Virus record (IMG/VR): IMGVR_UViG_3300048861_000070
Coordinates: 1-43,531 of that record
Reading direction: 5' to 3' (one strand)
DNA: 43,531 nucleotides
DNA from: a virus
Taxonomy: Duplodnaviria; Caudoviricetes
Shown in pieces: positions 17,225 to 25,344 of the stretch. The notes under the pieces were generated by a model that was not told the origin of the DNA, did no database searches, and saw nothing but the letters and a program-made list of their open reading frames with translations. The position numbers were made by a program, and so were the translations under genes. Position 1 is the stretch's first letter. Every line of letters begins with the position of its first letter.

Positions 17225-17601
17225 GCGGTCACCTCAGCTTCCTGCTCCTCGAACAAGTTCTCCTGGAGCTCCGACGGCTGCATGCTGGTGGTGCGAACTA
17301 CCTCGCCGGTATCGGTGCGAACGATAGTCTTGACGCCGAGGTTGGGATTGTGGAACAGGACGGCGCACTCGATATTGCGCATTTCCCATCCGGAGTTGAT
17401 CTCTCGGGAGAGACGGCCGATCTGCGATGTGCAGCTCTCGATGCGCTCCTTGAACTGCGATGCCGCGGCCTTGTGCTCTTCCTGAGCCTGCGTCTGCTGT
17501 TGAACTGAGAGGGCTAGCTTCTTCGAGCGATCACGGATCTCTTCCTCAGAGAAGTCGTAACGTAGGAACTCCATAACGGTGGGCTGCTTCTTATCTTGCA
17601 T
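17221..17601 (-). CDS. Conserved phage protein with C-terminal QENLF motif
   Basis: Coiled coil followed by RTDTGEVV...ELQENLF; located between the exonuclease and recT. Confidence 0.75.
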   Translation of the reverse strand: MQDKKQPTVMEFLRYDFSEEEIRDRSKKLALSVQQQTQAQEEHKAAASQFKERIESCTSQIGRLSREINSGWEMRNIECAVLFHNPNLGVKTIVRTDTGEVVRTTSMQPSELQENLFEEQEAEVTA

Positions 17602-18535
17602 GGTTGCTCTCCTTTTGCTTCTTCATCCGCAGAACGCGGAAGCTTGTGGGCTTGACGGTGTAGCCGTCGCGCGTCTGTACATTCCAACTCGCCAACTGAT
17701 TGCCGGAGGCATCGACCAGCAGGGCCTTGTTCGGCTCTCCCTCGGTACCGGTCGCCAGCGCGGTCAGGATCTTGAGCTCGAGCGCTTTGCACTCCTCCTC
17801 GATCTCTTTCTGCTGGGCCTTTACTTCGGTCAGTCGCTCGACTGCGGACAGCGTCGCGAAGTCGGCCTGTACCGTCACGCCGGATAGTTTGGCGATCATC
17901 TTGAGGGCGTCGTCTTTGCTCTGGATCGCGGGAGGAACACCGGTCAGAACGTGATTCATCCAGAAGTTGACCTCCTTCTCGCGGATGGTGGCTATGACGG
18001 CCTCGTCCCTCTCGAAGAGGTAAACGCGCATATCGTCCATCCCGATCCATGCGACGACTTTTGACTTCCTGCGACCCGATACCAGCAGGTTCTTCATCAC
18101 CTGGGCGGCGTAGTAGGCGGGGACCTCATCCGTTCCAGGCGGGCCCCAGTTGTGAGCGTCGAACACTGCCACGCTCTTTACTTCAAGGTTGGTGATCTCG
18201 CCGGTCTGCTCATCTGTCTCCTCAGCGTCGATCTCACAGGTGAGGAATGGGAACTCCTCGTCGAAGTAGCGGGTATTGCGAGCCGTAATCCAGGCGCCGG
18301 ACTCTTCCTGGTACTGATCGAGAATGACTGGCTCGAGTCGCTTGCCGCGGCTGAAGCGCTTCTCCTTCTCCTCCGAGGGCATCTCCGGAACGAACCCGGG
18401 CTGCTTCGACTCCCACACGTCATATGCGGTCTTCCATGGGGAGATGCCAAGGATGGCGGCCGTCTCTGAGCTGCCGAGGAATAGGGCCCGGTCATGCGCT
18501 TCAATGCTGGCGGTCAGCTTTTCTTTGAGAGTCAC
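17591..18535 (-). CDS. YqaJ-like (lambda-exonuclease family) recombination exonuclease
   Basis: LGSSETAAILGISPWKT, RGKRLEP, CEIDA, LEVK and VPAYYAAQV. Confidence 0.93.
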   Translation of the reverse strand: MTLKEKLTASIEAHDRALFLGSSETAAILGISPWKTAYDVWESKQPGFVPEMPSEEKEKRFSRGKRLEPVILDQYQEESGAWITARNTRYFDEEFPFLTCEIDAEETDEQTGEITNLEVKSVAVFDAHNWGPPGTDEVPAYYAAQVMKNLLVSGRRKSKVVAWIGMDDMRVYLFERDEAVIATIREKEVNFWMNHVLTGVPPAIQSKDDALKMIAKLSGVTVQADFATLSAVERLTEVKAQQKEIEEECKALELKILTALATGTEGEPNKALLVDASGNQLASWNVQTRDGYTVKPTSFRVLRMKKQKESNHAR

Positions 18536-18666
18536 AGGGTCTCCCGCTTGTACGACAGTGCAGCGAGGCGAAGTATTGCGTAGAAGGCGGTTCCAGCCAT
18601 AAGGCTCAAGGAAGACGAAATACTCAGCACTTCCAGCTTGGTGATGTGGTGACCTAGCACGTTCAT
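18532..18666 (-). CDS. Small membrane protein
   Basis: MNVLGHH...hydrophobic segment; overlaps both neighbours. Confidence 0.5.
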   Translation of the reverse strand: MNVLGHHITKLEVLSISSSLSLMAGTAFYAILRLAALSYKRETL

Positions 18667-18872
18667 TTGGCAGCTCCGTAGAAGTACAGGCATGAGGCCA
18701 CCAGCGCCGCGGCGAAGAGGTAAGCTGCCGTCTTCATCCATCCCGCGCTGCGGTCGTACTCGATGACGTAGTGGTCAACTATGCCTTTGCGATAGCCCTG
18801 AAGGCGGCGAATGTCATCGGCCTCGGTGAGGACGAGGAGGCGGGTGGTTACCTGTACCCTTTGCTGGATCAT
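18663..18872 (-). CDS. Small protein with a C-terminal transmembrane helix
   Basis: RBS GGAGG; AAYLFAAALVASCLYFYG. Confidence 0.6.
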   Translation of the reverse strand: MIQQRVQVTTRLLVLTEADDIRRLQGYRKGIVDHYVIEYDRSAGWMKTAAYLFAAALVASCLYFYGAAK

Positions 18873-19090
18873 GAAATCCTCCACACCCTGATGCCGCCAT
18901 CTACAGAGCGGACAACGAACTTAGCTCCAAGACCTTTTCCAGCTTGAGAAGCGCTGACGCTTATAGACTTTCCGTTTCCTTCGGGAACAAAAAAGGAATC
19001 AAAGATTTCCATGATTGCCCACGGATACTTGCTGGACACGAGACTCGTTTTCTTTCCTACAAGCGGAATTCCTTTTTCGATCGCATACAT
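18869..19090 (-). CDS. Small conserved phage protein, putative DNA-binding
   Basis: IEKGIPL...KYPWAIMEIFDSFFVP...GIRVWRI; RBS GGAG before ATG 19090. Confidence 0.75.
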   Translation of the reverse strand: MYAIEKGIPLVGKKTSLVSSKYPWAIMEIFDSFFVPEGNGKSISVSASQAGKGLGAKFVVRSVDGGIRVWRIS

Positions 19091-19146
19091 CGTCGTCACT
19101 CCCAGCAGACCTCTAAAGTCATGGTTACGAATCACCGCAGAAGAGC

Positions 19147-19398
19147 TCACGCTGCCACCTCGCATTCGCACTCGTCCTTCAGGCACGTAGCGCAGATAAA
19201 GTTGTTGTCGATCGCACAGTCGATGCAGTACTCTCCGCGCCGCGCGCCGCGCTTGATCTCGAAGCAGTCGCCCCAGATCGGCTCTGCGCAGGTCTCACAG
19301 CGACCATTGAAGGCGTAGTTAGGGGAAGGGTGGATGCAGCATGTGGGCTGCTGTACATGCGTGTACGGGGCGGTAAGGCCGAGAAAGAAGACATCCAT
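19147..19398 (-). CDS. Cys-rich zinc-finger-like protein
   Basis: CETC, CIDC, CATC and CEC motifs; RBS GGAGG. Confidence 0.6.
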   Translation of the reverse strand: MDVFFLGLTAPYTHVQQPTCCIHPSPNYAFNGRCETCAEPIWGDCFEIKRGARRGEYCIDCAIDNNFICATCLKDECECEVAA

Positions 19399-19400
19399 GG

Positions 19401-19601
19401 CTAAGCAGCCTCCATTCCAAGTTCCTCGCGAACATTCGCGAGCAGGTCTTCTTCTGAGTCGCCGCCAATGCTGCTTCCTGGGATATGCGCTTCGTACCGG
19501 ATAAAGGCATCGCCGTCCGCATAGCAGGTAGCTTCTACGTGCAGCGAAGTGATGCCCGGCATATACACGCGACATTGGGCGAGGAGCTGAGGGACGGTCA
19601 C
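19401..19601 (-). CDS. Hypothetical protein
   Basis: Probable GTG start just after the upstream stop; ends MEAA. Confidence 0.5.
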   Translation of the reverse strand: MTVPQLLAQCRVYMPGITSLHVEATCYADGDAFIRYEAHIPGSSIGGDSEEDLLANVREELGMEAA

Positions 19602-19603
19602 GG

Positions 19604-19906
19604 CTAAGCCGCCGTCCGGATTGCAACTGCGGGGACGAACCACTGGGCGCGTTCTGCGAGGCACTGGCTGCAGCTCAGGACCGGAGAAACCTCATGCGCG
19701 TCTAGGCTGTAAACTGTCTCTCCGCAGCTCCCACACAGGCCAAGAAACTCATCTGCAACAGTTCCTACCTCGGCTACATCCTTTGGCTCGAAGAGGGAAG
19801 GGAACTGAAGGAGGTTGGAAGGCTCGATCGTGGCGATCACTGCGCTGAAGTTTGCTCGTCGGTTTTCAGCGGGAAGATTGAGAATCTTTGCACTGGTGTT
19901 TGTCAT
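19604..19906 (-). CDS. First gene of the leftward early operon; CxxC-CxxC protein
   Basis: CGSC...CSQC; directly downstream of the PL-like promoter. Confidence 0.65.
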   Translation of the reverse strand: MTNTSAKILNLPAENRRANFSAVIATIEPSNLLQFPSLFEPKDVAEVGTVADEFLGLCGSCGETVYSLDAHEVSPVLSCSQCLAERAQWFVPAVAIRTAA

Positions 19907-19924
19907 AGGTTTGGCTCTCTGTGG

Positions 19925-20028
19925 TGTACGTTATTCGTAATCACCATGAACCAAACTGTACGGCCAACGTACAAATCCGTCAATACTTATTTTGCGATTT
20001 ATGTAAATATTTTTACGTCAGGCGTAAT
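19925..20028. promoter_or_regulatory. OL-like operator array (17 bp, TACG-N5-CGTA core)
   Basis: TGTACG-ttatt-CGTAAT (19925), TGTACG-gccaa-CGTACA (19957), TTTACG-tcagg-CGTAAT (20012), and a degenerate copy at 19991. Confidence 0.8.
19955..19983 (-). promoter_or_regulatory. PL-like sigma70 promoter
   Basis: TTGACG-17 nt-TACAGT, overlapped by the best operator. Confidence 0.75.
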
Positions 20029-20034
20029 TTGGGG

Positions 20035-20250
20035 TTATATCTTCGCGAACAGCTCGCCTAAAGAGAGCCCAAAGGCCTTTGCTATAGCGTGAAGAGTTCT
20101 CAGGCATGCCTCACTGCGCCCCAGTTCCAGCTCCGATACATAGGTCTCGCTGATATCGGCGTGCTCGGCCAGGTCTATCTGCCGCCAGCCACGCCTCAAG
20201 CGGTTATCCCTTATGCGTCTTCCCACAAGGATGCAGATATCCTGGTCCAT
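20035..20250 (-). CDS. XRE-family HTH regulator (controller-protein-like)
   Basis: VGRRIRDNRLRRGWRQIDLAEHADISETYVSELELG; likely start MDQDI. Confidence 0.88.
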   Translation of the reverse strand: MDQDICILVGRRIRDNRLRRGWRQIDLAEHADISETYVSELELGRSEACLRTLHAIAKAFGLSLGELFAKI

Positions 20251-20275
20251 GAAATATATCGTGGATGCCGGCCAA

Positions 20276-20322
20276 GGTAGCAATTTCGGCTATAGGCGAA
20301 GCCATAGACGCAAATTGCTACC
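20276..20322. other. 47-nt hairpin between cI and the XRE gene
   Basis: GGTAGCAATTT/AAATTGCTACC outer stem, with CTAT/ATAG and GGC-gaa-GCC inner stems. The T-rich tail follows on the plus strand. Confidence 0.7.
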
Positions 20323-20368
20323 TTTGTTCTTTGAAACTTGCGGGTTTGAGTGTATTGGGGGGAGTTTA

Positions 20369-21016
20369 TTAGATTGATCGTTTACGCTTGATGCGGTACT
20401 CGATCATTGTTCCGATCACTTCGACATCGACGACGTCGGAGCGCACCGTTGCATAATCATCGTTCAGAGGTATTAGCTCAAATACTTCTTTTCCTGTTTC
20501 GCTTTTTCCTACGGGTCGGTACTTTCTAAAAGTAACCTCACCGCCCTTTTCGCTTGCAATTACATAATCCCCAGGGCCTGGCGTGACGTCGCGATCAACT
20601 ATAATCTTGTCGCCTTCCTTGAAGCTCGGAATCATGGAATCGCCTTTTACTTCTAGTGCAAAGGCCATTCGCGAATGATCTCCATCGGTCAGAATAAAGT
20701 CTTCAATTCCGTGTCTGAGTAAATCAGGTACGACACGACCAGTAAATAGCACCGCTTGGTTATAGTCGATTAGCGGCACTTTGACCGCCCCTTCGTCTGT
20801 GGGCAGAACATTGGAAACAATAGGCGCATCTTCATAAAATTCTGATCTCTTCTTCTTGAAGATCTTCAAGATTGGATCGATCAGATCTTCTCGGGGCTGC
20901 TGCTTTCCACTTTCAATTCGGGAGATGCTTGCCAAGGAGATGCCTAGCTTTTTCGCTAGATCCTTCCTGTCCATCCCGATTTGGTTGCGCCATTGTTGCA
21001 GGTTGTTCCGTGACAT
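20369..21016 (-). CDS. cI: CI-like repressor (XRE HTH plus S24 domain)
   Basis: DLAKKLGISLASISRIESG HTH and FALEVKGDSM; divergent from cro. Start 21016 (alternative 21067). Confidence 0.92.
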   Translation of the reverse strand: MSRNNLQQWRNQIGMDRKDLAKKLGISLASISRIESGKQQPREDLIDPILKIFKKKRSEFYEDAPIVSNVLPTDEGAVKVPLIDYNQAVLFTGRVVPDLLRHGIEDFILTDGDHSRMAFALEVKGDSMIPSFKEGDKIIVDRDVTPGPGDYVIASEKGGEVTFRKYRPVGKSETGKEVFELIPLNDDYATVRSDVVDVEVIGTMIEYRIKRKRSI

Positions 21017-21083
21017 ACCTCGATTTTCCCTGTGTTGTACGAAAAATGCAATATTCCCCCTTGTCATAGATGTACGTACATGC

Positions 21084-21100
21084 TATACGTTAGACGTACA
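21084..21100. promoter_or_regulatory. OR-like operator
   Basis: TATACG-ttaga-CGTACA matches the OL consensus. Further TGTACG half-sites at 21036 and 21071. Confidence 0.75.
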
Positions 21101-21123
21101 TTTTGACAAATCGGGGGTAATAC

Positions 21124-21357
21124 ATGGAATCACCTTTGAAGACCGAGCGTAAGAGACGCGGATGGTCACAGCAGTTCGTCGGAGACAAAGTCGGTCTCAG
21201 CGCCCCTCAAATATCACGGATCGAAGCCAACGGGGTTGAGTCCCCATATCTGGGCAAGATTCTAAATCTCGTCAAGCTCTTTGGTTTCTCACTGAGCCTC
21301 GAACAGATCTGCCAAGGTCCCACAGAAAAAAGGGAAGAAGACTCCGAGGCCGCATAG
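21124..21357 (+). CDS. cro: Cro-like HTH protein
   Basis: LKTERKRRGWSQQFVGDKVGLSAPQISRIEANG; divergent from cI. Confidence 0.85.
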   Translation: MESPLKTERKRRGWSQQFVGDKVGLSAPQISRIEANGVESPYLGKILNLVKLFGFSLSLEQICQGPTEKREEDSEAA

Positions 21358-21380
21358 GGCCTGCCGAAAGGGGCAGCCTT

Positions 21381-21497
21381 ATGCGCTCGCCAGAACTACT
21401 GCAACATTTTTTGATCCCCCCGGCTGTTGAGTTCCCAGTGGAGCTCGAAGAATTGCTGTCTGAAGACGATCTCCCGCAAGCAGAGGAGGTCGACTGA
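21381..21497 (+). CDS. Small acidic protein, 38 aa (not in track)
   Basis: MRSPELLQHFLIPPAVEFPVELEELLSEDDLPQAEEVD; TGATG overlap with the initiator gene. Confidence 0.45.
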   Translation: MRSPELLQHFLIPPAVEFPVELEELLSEDDLPQAEEVD

Positions 21498-22495
21498 TGC
21501 GCTGGTTCAAACACCTCTCTATGGCACATAGCGATCATGCCGTCTCTGCCGTCCTGGAAGAACTGGGAGCGGAGGCCTATGGCGTGTGGTGGCTCATCAT
21601 CGAGGACATCGCGGCCTCCATGGAGAAGAATTCCAAGGTCACGTTTGCAATTCATTCTGACGTCAAATGGTCGCAGATCTGCTACTGTTCTGCGCGCAAA
21701 TTCAGGTCGATCGCAAATAGATTGCAAGAAAAAAGTCTGATCGTATGCACATCTACCGACAATCGATTGCAGATCGATGTTCCTAAGTTGTTGAAATTTA
21801 GGGATGAGTACTCGAAAAAGTCCGGACACTCTCCGGACAGTAGAACAGATACAGATGGAGAGACAGAGACAGATACAGATGGAGAGATAAAAACTCTTGC
21901 GGAAAGCGATAAATCGCTCCCCGCCAGCAAGCCAGAAGAGCCACCCGTAACTCCTCCCCAAGAGTCTCTCTCTCTCGTTCCTGTTTCCTCTCCAGAACCA
22001 TTCATCGGAACCATCCCGCTCATCGACGGCAGCAGTTTCGGATTCACGCAGGACGATCTTTCCGGCTGGTGCGAAGCCTACCCAGCGGTCGACGTGAAGG
22101 CGCAGTTGCTCGAGATGCGCGAGTGGTCCAAGGCAAACCCGAAGCAGGCGAAGACCAAGGCAGGCATACGCCGCTACATCAACACCTGGCTCGCCAAGGA
22201 ACAGGACAAATCGGGCGCAAAAAGTTATGAACGAAAAGACGCAGTACTCGAACGCTCACGACAGAACCTCGCAAACATCGAAAGCGCAGCCCAACGACTT
22301 GAAAATTCTCATGGCTCAAGCGGTGGCTTTCTTTCCCAACCAGACACTTCCTCCAGGGACCCCGGACGTTTACATGCTGGCGTGGTCACAGATCGTGGGG
22401 AGTCATGGGATCTCCAGGTTCCAGAACGCACTGTGGAACGTTCTTCGTCGCTCGGCCTTCTTTCCATTGCCGAAGGATATCGAGGAAGAATGTGA
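21497..22495 (+). CDS. Phage replication initiator (lambda O-like position)
   Basis: MRWFKH...GAEAYGVWWLIIE N-terminal domain; internal DNA repeats; C-domain YPAVDV...EW...NP...IRRYINTWLAKEQD. Confidence 0.85.
   Translation: MRWFKHLSMAHSDHAVSAVLEELGAEAYGVWWLIIEDIAASMEKNSKVTFAIHSDVKWSQICYCSARKFRSIANRLQEKSLIVCTSTDNRLQIDVPKLLKFRDEYSKKSGHSPDSRTDTDGETETDTDGEIKTLAESDKSLPASKPEEPPVTPPQESLSLVPVSSPEPFIGTIPLIDGSSFGFTQDDLSGWCEAYPAVDVKAQLLEMREWSKANPKQAKTKAGIRRYINTWLAKEQDKSGAKSYERKDAVLERSRQNLANIESAAQRLENSHGSSGGFLSQPDTSSRDPGRLHAGVVTDRGESWDLQVPERTVERSSSLGLLSIAEGYRGRM
21845..21887. repeat. Putative origin iterons
   Basis: ACAGATACAGATGGAGAGA twice (21845, 21869) and TCCGGACA twice just upstream, inside the initiator gene. 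Confidence 0.55.
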
Positions 22496-22658
22496 GGCCA
22501 TCCGGCGCGAATCTTGGGGCGGTAAGCAGGACGAGATGATCGAGTACCGCCGCGAGATCCATGGGCATCCCGAGAGGTTTGTGAGGGTGGGCGACCTGAT
22601 GCAAGAGGCAATGGCAAACGTGGCGCGACGTAAGCGCGAGAGAGGAAAAGTCGCATGA
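22227..22658 (+). CDS. Putative helicase loader/replication partner
   Basis: Follows and overlaps the initiator; FFPLPKDI motif typical of such loaders. Confidence 0.6.
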   Translation: MNEKTQYSNAHDRTSQTSKAQPNDLKILMAQAVAFFPNQTLPPGTPDVYMLAWSQIVGSHGISRFQNALWNVLRRSAFFPLPKDIEEECEAIRRESWGGKQDEMIEYRREIHGHPERFVRVGDLMQEAMANVARRKRERGKVA

Positions 22659-22939
22659 TCGGGTTGGAATTCACGAAGGTGGCAAAGGCTGCGGTTCCGG
22701 ATAACAAGCGGATGGTCCTCGGCAAGTACCAGCGATTCTTCAAGGAGCTAATGTTTCTGCCTTCGAGCGTGACTGCCTGCGTAGAGATGCAGTGCAAGAA
22801 GGACGGCTACAACGCCACGAACGAGCTCCGGAAGATGTCGAAGAAAGAGGGCCTGATCCTGGGCTGGAGCCACAACGCCACCTACACGAAGTTTTACTAC
22901 TGGCTGGAGAGGCCGAAGGCTGGGAAGGTGGCGGCATGA
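22655..22939 (+). CDS. Hypothetical protein, 94 aa
   Basis: ATGA coupling. Confidence 0.65.
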   Translation: MIGLEFTKVAKAAVPDNKRMVLGKYQRFFKELMFLPSSVTACVEMQCKKDGYNATNELRKMSKKEGLILGWSHNATYTKFYYWLERPKAGKVAA

Positions 22940-23061
22940 AGGCCCCAAAGAAGGCGAGATATTACCTGGTGCCCTGCGATTGGTGTAAAGCCGGGATAGT
23001 CGAGGACTGCAAAAAGTGCGATGGCTCTGGCAGCGTTGCGGTGGTGGAGAGGTCTTCATGA
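22936..23061 (+). CDS. Small zinc-finger protein
   Basis: CDWCKAG...CKKCDGSG (CxxCxGxG type); ATGA coupling. Confidence 0.55.
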   Translation: MKAPKKARYYLVPCDWCKAGIVEDCKKCDGSGSVAVVERSS

Positions 23062-23234
23062 CAGTCATTGCCTGCAAATGCGGATGGATGGGTATTGCAG
23101 AAACGGAGTACGAGGCGCGCTCACTGCACACACTCTGCGATGTTGTGATGGTGAGACGGTTCTGCCAGTCGAGCATGGCCCCTGATGGCATGTCTCAGAT
23201 ACAGGCAGAGGCGAGATGGAAGAGGTCGGCATGA
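23058..23234 (+). CDS. Small CxC protein
   Basis: MTVIACKCGW...H..C; ATGA coupling at both ends. Confidence 0.5.
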   Translation: MTVIACKCGWMGIAETEYEARSLHTLCDVVMVRRFCQSSMAPDGMSQIQAEARWKRSA

Positions 23235-23584
23235 TTGAGCTGCGCCTGACCATCCCCCTCGAGCCTCCTACGGTGAATCACTACGTGAAGCACACGCGCA
23301 TGGGGCGCCACTACATCACCAAGCAGGCGCAGGACTGGCTCAAGACAGTGTCCCTATTCGCCAACGGCATGCACGTGGAAGGGAAGGAGCATTTCATCTC
23401 TTACACGGTCTACCAGGGGCATGGCAGCCGCGGCGACGTCGACAACTACGCCAAGTGCGTCATCGATTCTCTCGTAAAGGCAGGCGTCCTGAAGACTGAC
23501 TCCTCGGTGATCGAGATGAATGCAAAGAAACAACGCGATCGCGACAACCCGCGGACAGAGATTTTAGTGCGCGCAGTGAAGTAG
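23231..23584 (+). CDS. rusA: RusA-family Holliday junction resolvase
   Basis: PPTVNHY, RGDVDNYAKCVIDSL...DSSV and PRTEILV. Confidence 0.92.
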   Translation: MIELRLTIPLEPPTVNHYVKHTRMGRHYITKQAQDWLKTVSLFANGMHVEGKEHFISYTVYQGHGSRGDVDNYAKCVIDSLVKAGVLKTDSSVIEMNAKKQRDRDNPRTEILVRAVK

Positions 23585-23600
23585 CTGGTGGAGGTTTGAG

Positions 23601-23807
23601 ATGGCAACAAGTCGATGGGACCGTGCAGAGCGCTTCTACTTCACCCGTCAGGGAGTGTCGAGTCGATACGTGACCAATGAGCAGTACACCTTGCTCTTAG
23701 ACGCCTTCAAAGATCGTGACCGAGCTTTCGATGAATTGCTGAGTTTGCCCGCGGAAGATGTTTTGAATTTACTCAGGGAGGTGCGACGTGAAGCTCGACA
23801 TCGGTAG
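23601..23807 (+). CDS. Hypothetical protein, 68 aa
   Basis: RBS GGAGG. Confidence 0.6.
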   Translation: MATSRWDRAERFYFTRQGVSSRYVTNEQYTLLLDAFKDRDRAFDELLSLPAEDVLNLLREVRREARHR

Positions 23808-24051
23808 CGCAATACGCAGAGCGCGAGAGTTATCAGGGTACTCGCAGGATGGACTTGCATACCTGGTCGGATGCCCGCAGCCGTACATATCCAAGATTGA
23901 GAACGGGCGCTCAGTTCCTCCTGTGGAGCAGATCGCTCGAATAGCTTTGGCCCTTGGTACGACTGCATCAATGATCGTTCGCGATGCGGAAACTTTTATG
24001 CATGTTCGGATATCCCAAACTTCTTTGGACACGAATCGATCAGTGCAATGA
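23788..24051 (+). CDS. XRE-family HTH regulator
   Basis: IGSAIRRARELSGYSQDGLA...QPYISKIENGR. Confidence 0.88.
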   Translation: MKLDIGSAIRRARELSGYSQDGLAYLVGCPQPYISKIENGRSVPPVEQIARIALALGTTASMIVRDAETFMHVRISQTSLDTNRSVQ

Positions 24052-24099
24052 TTTGGAGAGACAACGGACCATCATCACAGAATGGTTTGGCACGCAGAT

Positions 24100-24138
24100 G
24101 GGGAGACTGAACTAGAGAGCCAGTCTTCCCGATTTTTT
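24100..24138 (+). terminator. Intrinsic terminator before the membrane-protein cluster
   Basis: GGGAGACTG...CAGTCTTCCC followed by GATTTTTT. Confidence 0.65.
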
Positions 24139-24154
24139 ATGCACTGGAGAATCG

Positions 24155-24397
24155 ATGGAAGCCTTCAAGAAGTTTCTGGCAGACCACAAGATTGGCGCTC
24201 ATACCTTCGCACTCATCTGGGGAGTCGCAGACGTTCTCTGGTACACCAACACTGACTTTCACGCATACATCTCGGGTTTGCTCGTAGCCCTCCCAGCCTG
24301 GATTCATGCCTTCATCTTCGGAATCGTGGTTCCGGTTCTGGTCTACCTCAAGACCACAAAGAAACCCTCCCCAGACAAATCAGGAGATGCACAGTGA
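24155..24397 (+). CDS. Putative holin (2 transmembrane helices)
   Basis: 80 aa, hydrophobic helices, charged C-terminal tail KTTKKP. Confidence 0.5.
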   Translation: MEAFKKFLADHKIGAHTFALIWGVADVLWYTNTDFHAYISGLLVALPAWIHAFIFGIVVPVLVYLKTTKKPSPDKSGDAQ

Positions 24398-24855
24398 AGC
24401 GATCACTAGCGAAGTACGTTCTAGCATCAGCCATTGCGCTGCCAGTCGCCGTAATTCCAGTCGGATGCGCGCATCAAGTAAACGCGCCGGCGGTCACTCC
24501 CATTCAGAAAGCCTCCATCATCTACAACGACATCACCTCCACGGTGCAGGTCGCACAGCAGGCAGAGGCTACCGCCGCTCATCTGGGTCAGATCGACCAT
24601 GACACTCACCAGACCATCTCTCAGGCGTTCGTAGTCGTCGCCCAGAAAGAACAGGCTCTCGGCAATCTGCTGAATGCGAATGCATCTCAGGCTGACGTCA
24701 AGGATGCTGCGAATGCTGTCGTGAACACAATCAAGCAGCAGATCTCTTCCGGCGCTCTGAACGTCAAGAATCCACAGACGCAAGCGACTCTCGTGGCCCT
24801 GGTATCGACTGTTCAGGGACTCGTCAACAACCTGCTCGTAGCTTACGGAGCTTAG
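24394..24855 (+). CDS. Lipoprotein, helical; possible lysis accessory
   Basis: MKRSLAKYVLASAIALPVAVIPVG|C lipobox-like sequence. Confidence 0.65.
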   Translation: MKRSLAKYVLASAIALPVAVIPVGCAHQVNAPAVTPIQKASIIYNDITSTVQVAQQAEATAAHLGQIDHDTHQTISQAFVVVAQKEQALGNLLNANASQADVKDAANAVVNTIKQQISSGALNVKNPQTQATLVALVSTVQGLVNNLLVAYGA

Positions 24856-24857
24856 AT

Positions 24858-25070
24858 ATGGCCGATACAAACGACGTCCTGATCGCATCGCTGCAGATCG
24901 CTGGAGAGATCGCCTCTCTCCTCCCGGCGATGGCAGCTCTATACGAGAAGATTCGCGACAACAACCAGAATGCAGGCCTGGTTCCTGCGTCACAACTCAT
25001 CGCCGATGGAATCTCCGCTGCCAAAGCCACAGAGCAGGCAGCGCAATCCGAAATCGATTCATCTTTGTAG
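24858..25070 (+). CDS. Small amphipathic protein, 70 aa
   Basis: RBS GGAG; hydrophobic N-terminal helix. Confidence 0.65.
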   Translation: MADTNDVLIASLQIAGEIASLLPAMAALYEKIRDNNQNAGLVPASQLIADGISAAKATEQAAQSEIDSSL

Positions 25071-25110
25071 TTTTGTTTGTCTGCTTAGGTTTTTCCGGGG
25101 GAGTAAATCA

Positions 25111-25332
25111 ATGTCCGAAGAAGAGATGATCCAGCGCCAACATGACAAGATGTGGCGCGATCTCTATCTCGGCGACGGAAGGGACGACCCCCCAATGACA
25201 GTTCGCATGGCAGCCATGGAAACCGCACAGCAGACATACCAACACTATGCAAGGTGGACTCTTGGACTTATGGCTGGGCTGACCAGCAGCGTGGTAGGTG
25301 GGTTCATCATCTACCTCATCACGCACAAGTAA
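25111..25332 (+). CDS. Small protein with C-terminal transmembrane helix (holin/XhlA-like architecture)
   Basis: RBS GGGGAG; LYLGDG...R...ME...WTLGLMAGLTSSVVGGFIIYLI. Confidence 0.6.
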   Translation: MSEEEMIQRQHDKMWRDLYLGDGRDDPPMTVRMAAMETAQQTYQHYARWTLGLMAGLTSSVVGGFIIYLITHK

Positions 25333-25344
25333 GCATAGCTCGAG

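Noticed and set aside
21358-21380. GAAA-loop hairpin after cro as a nut/boxB site
   Set aside because: The stem is imperfect, and no boxA or recognisable N protein was found; it may be a weak terminator.
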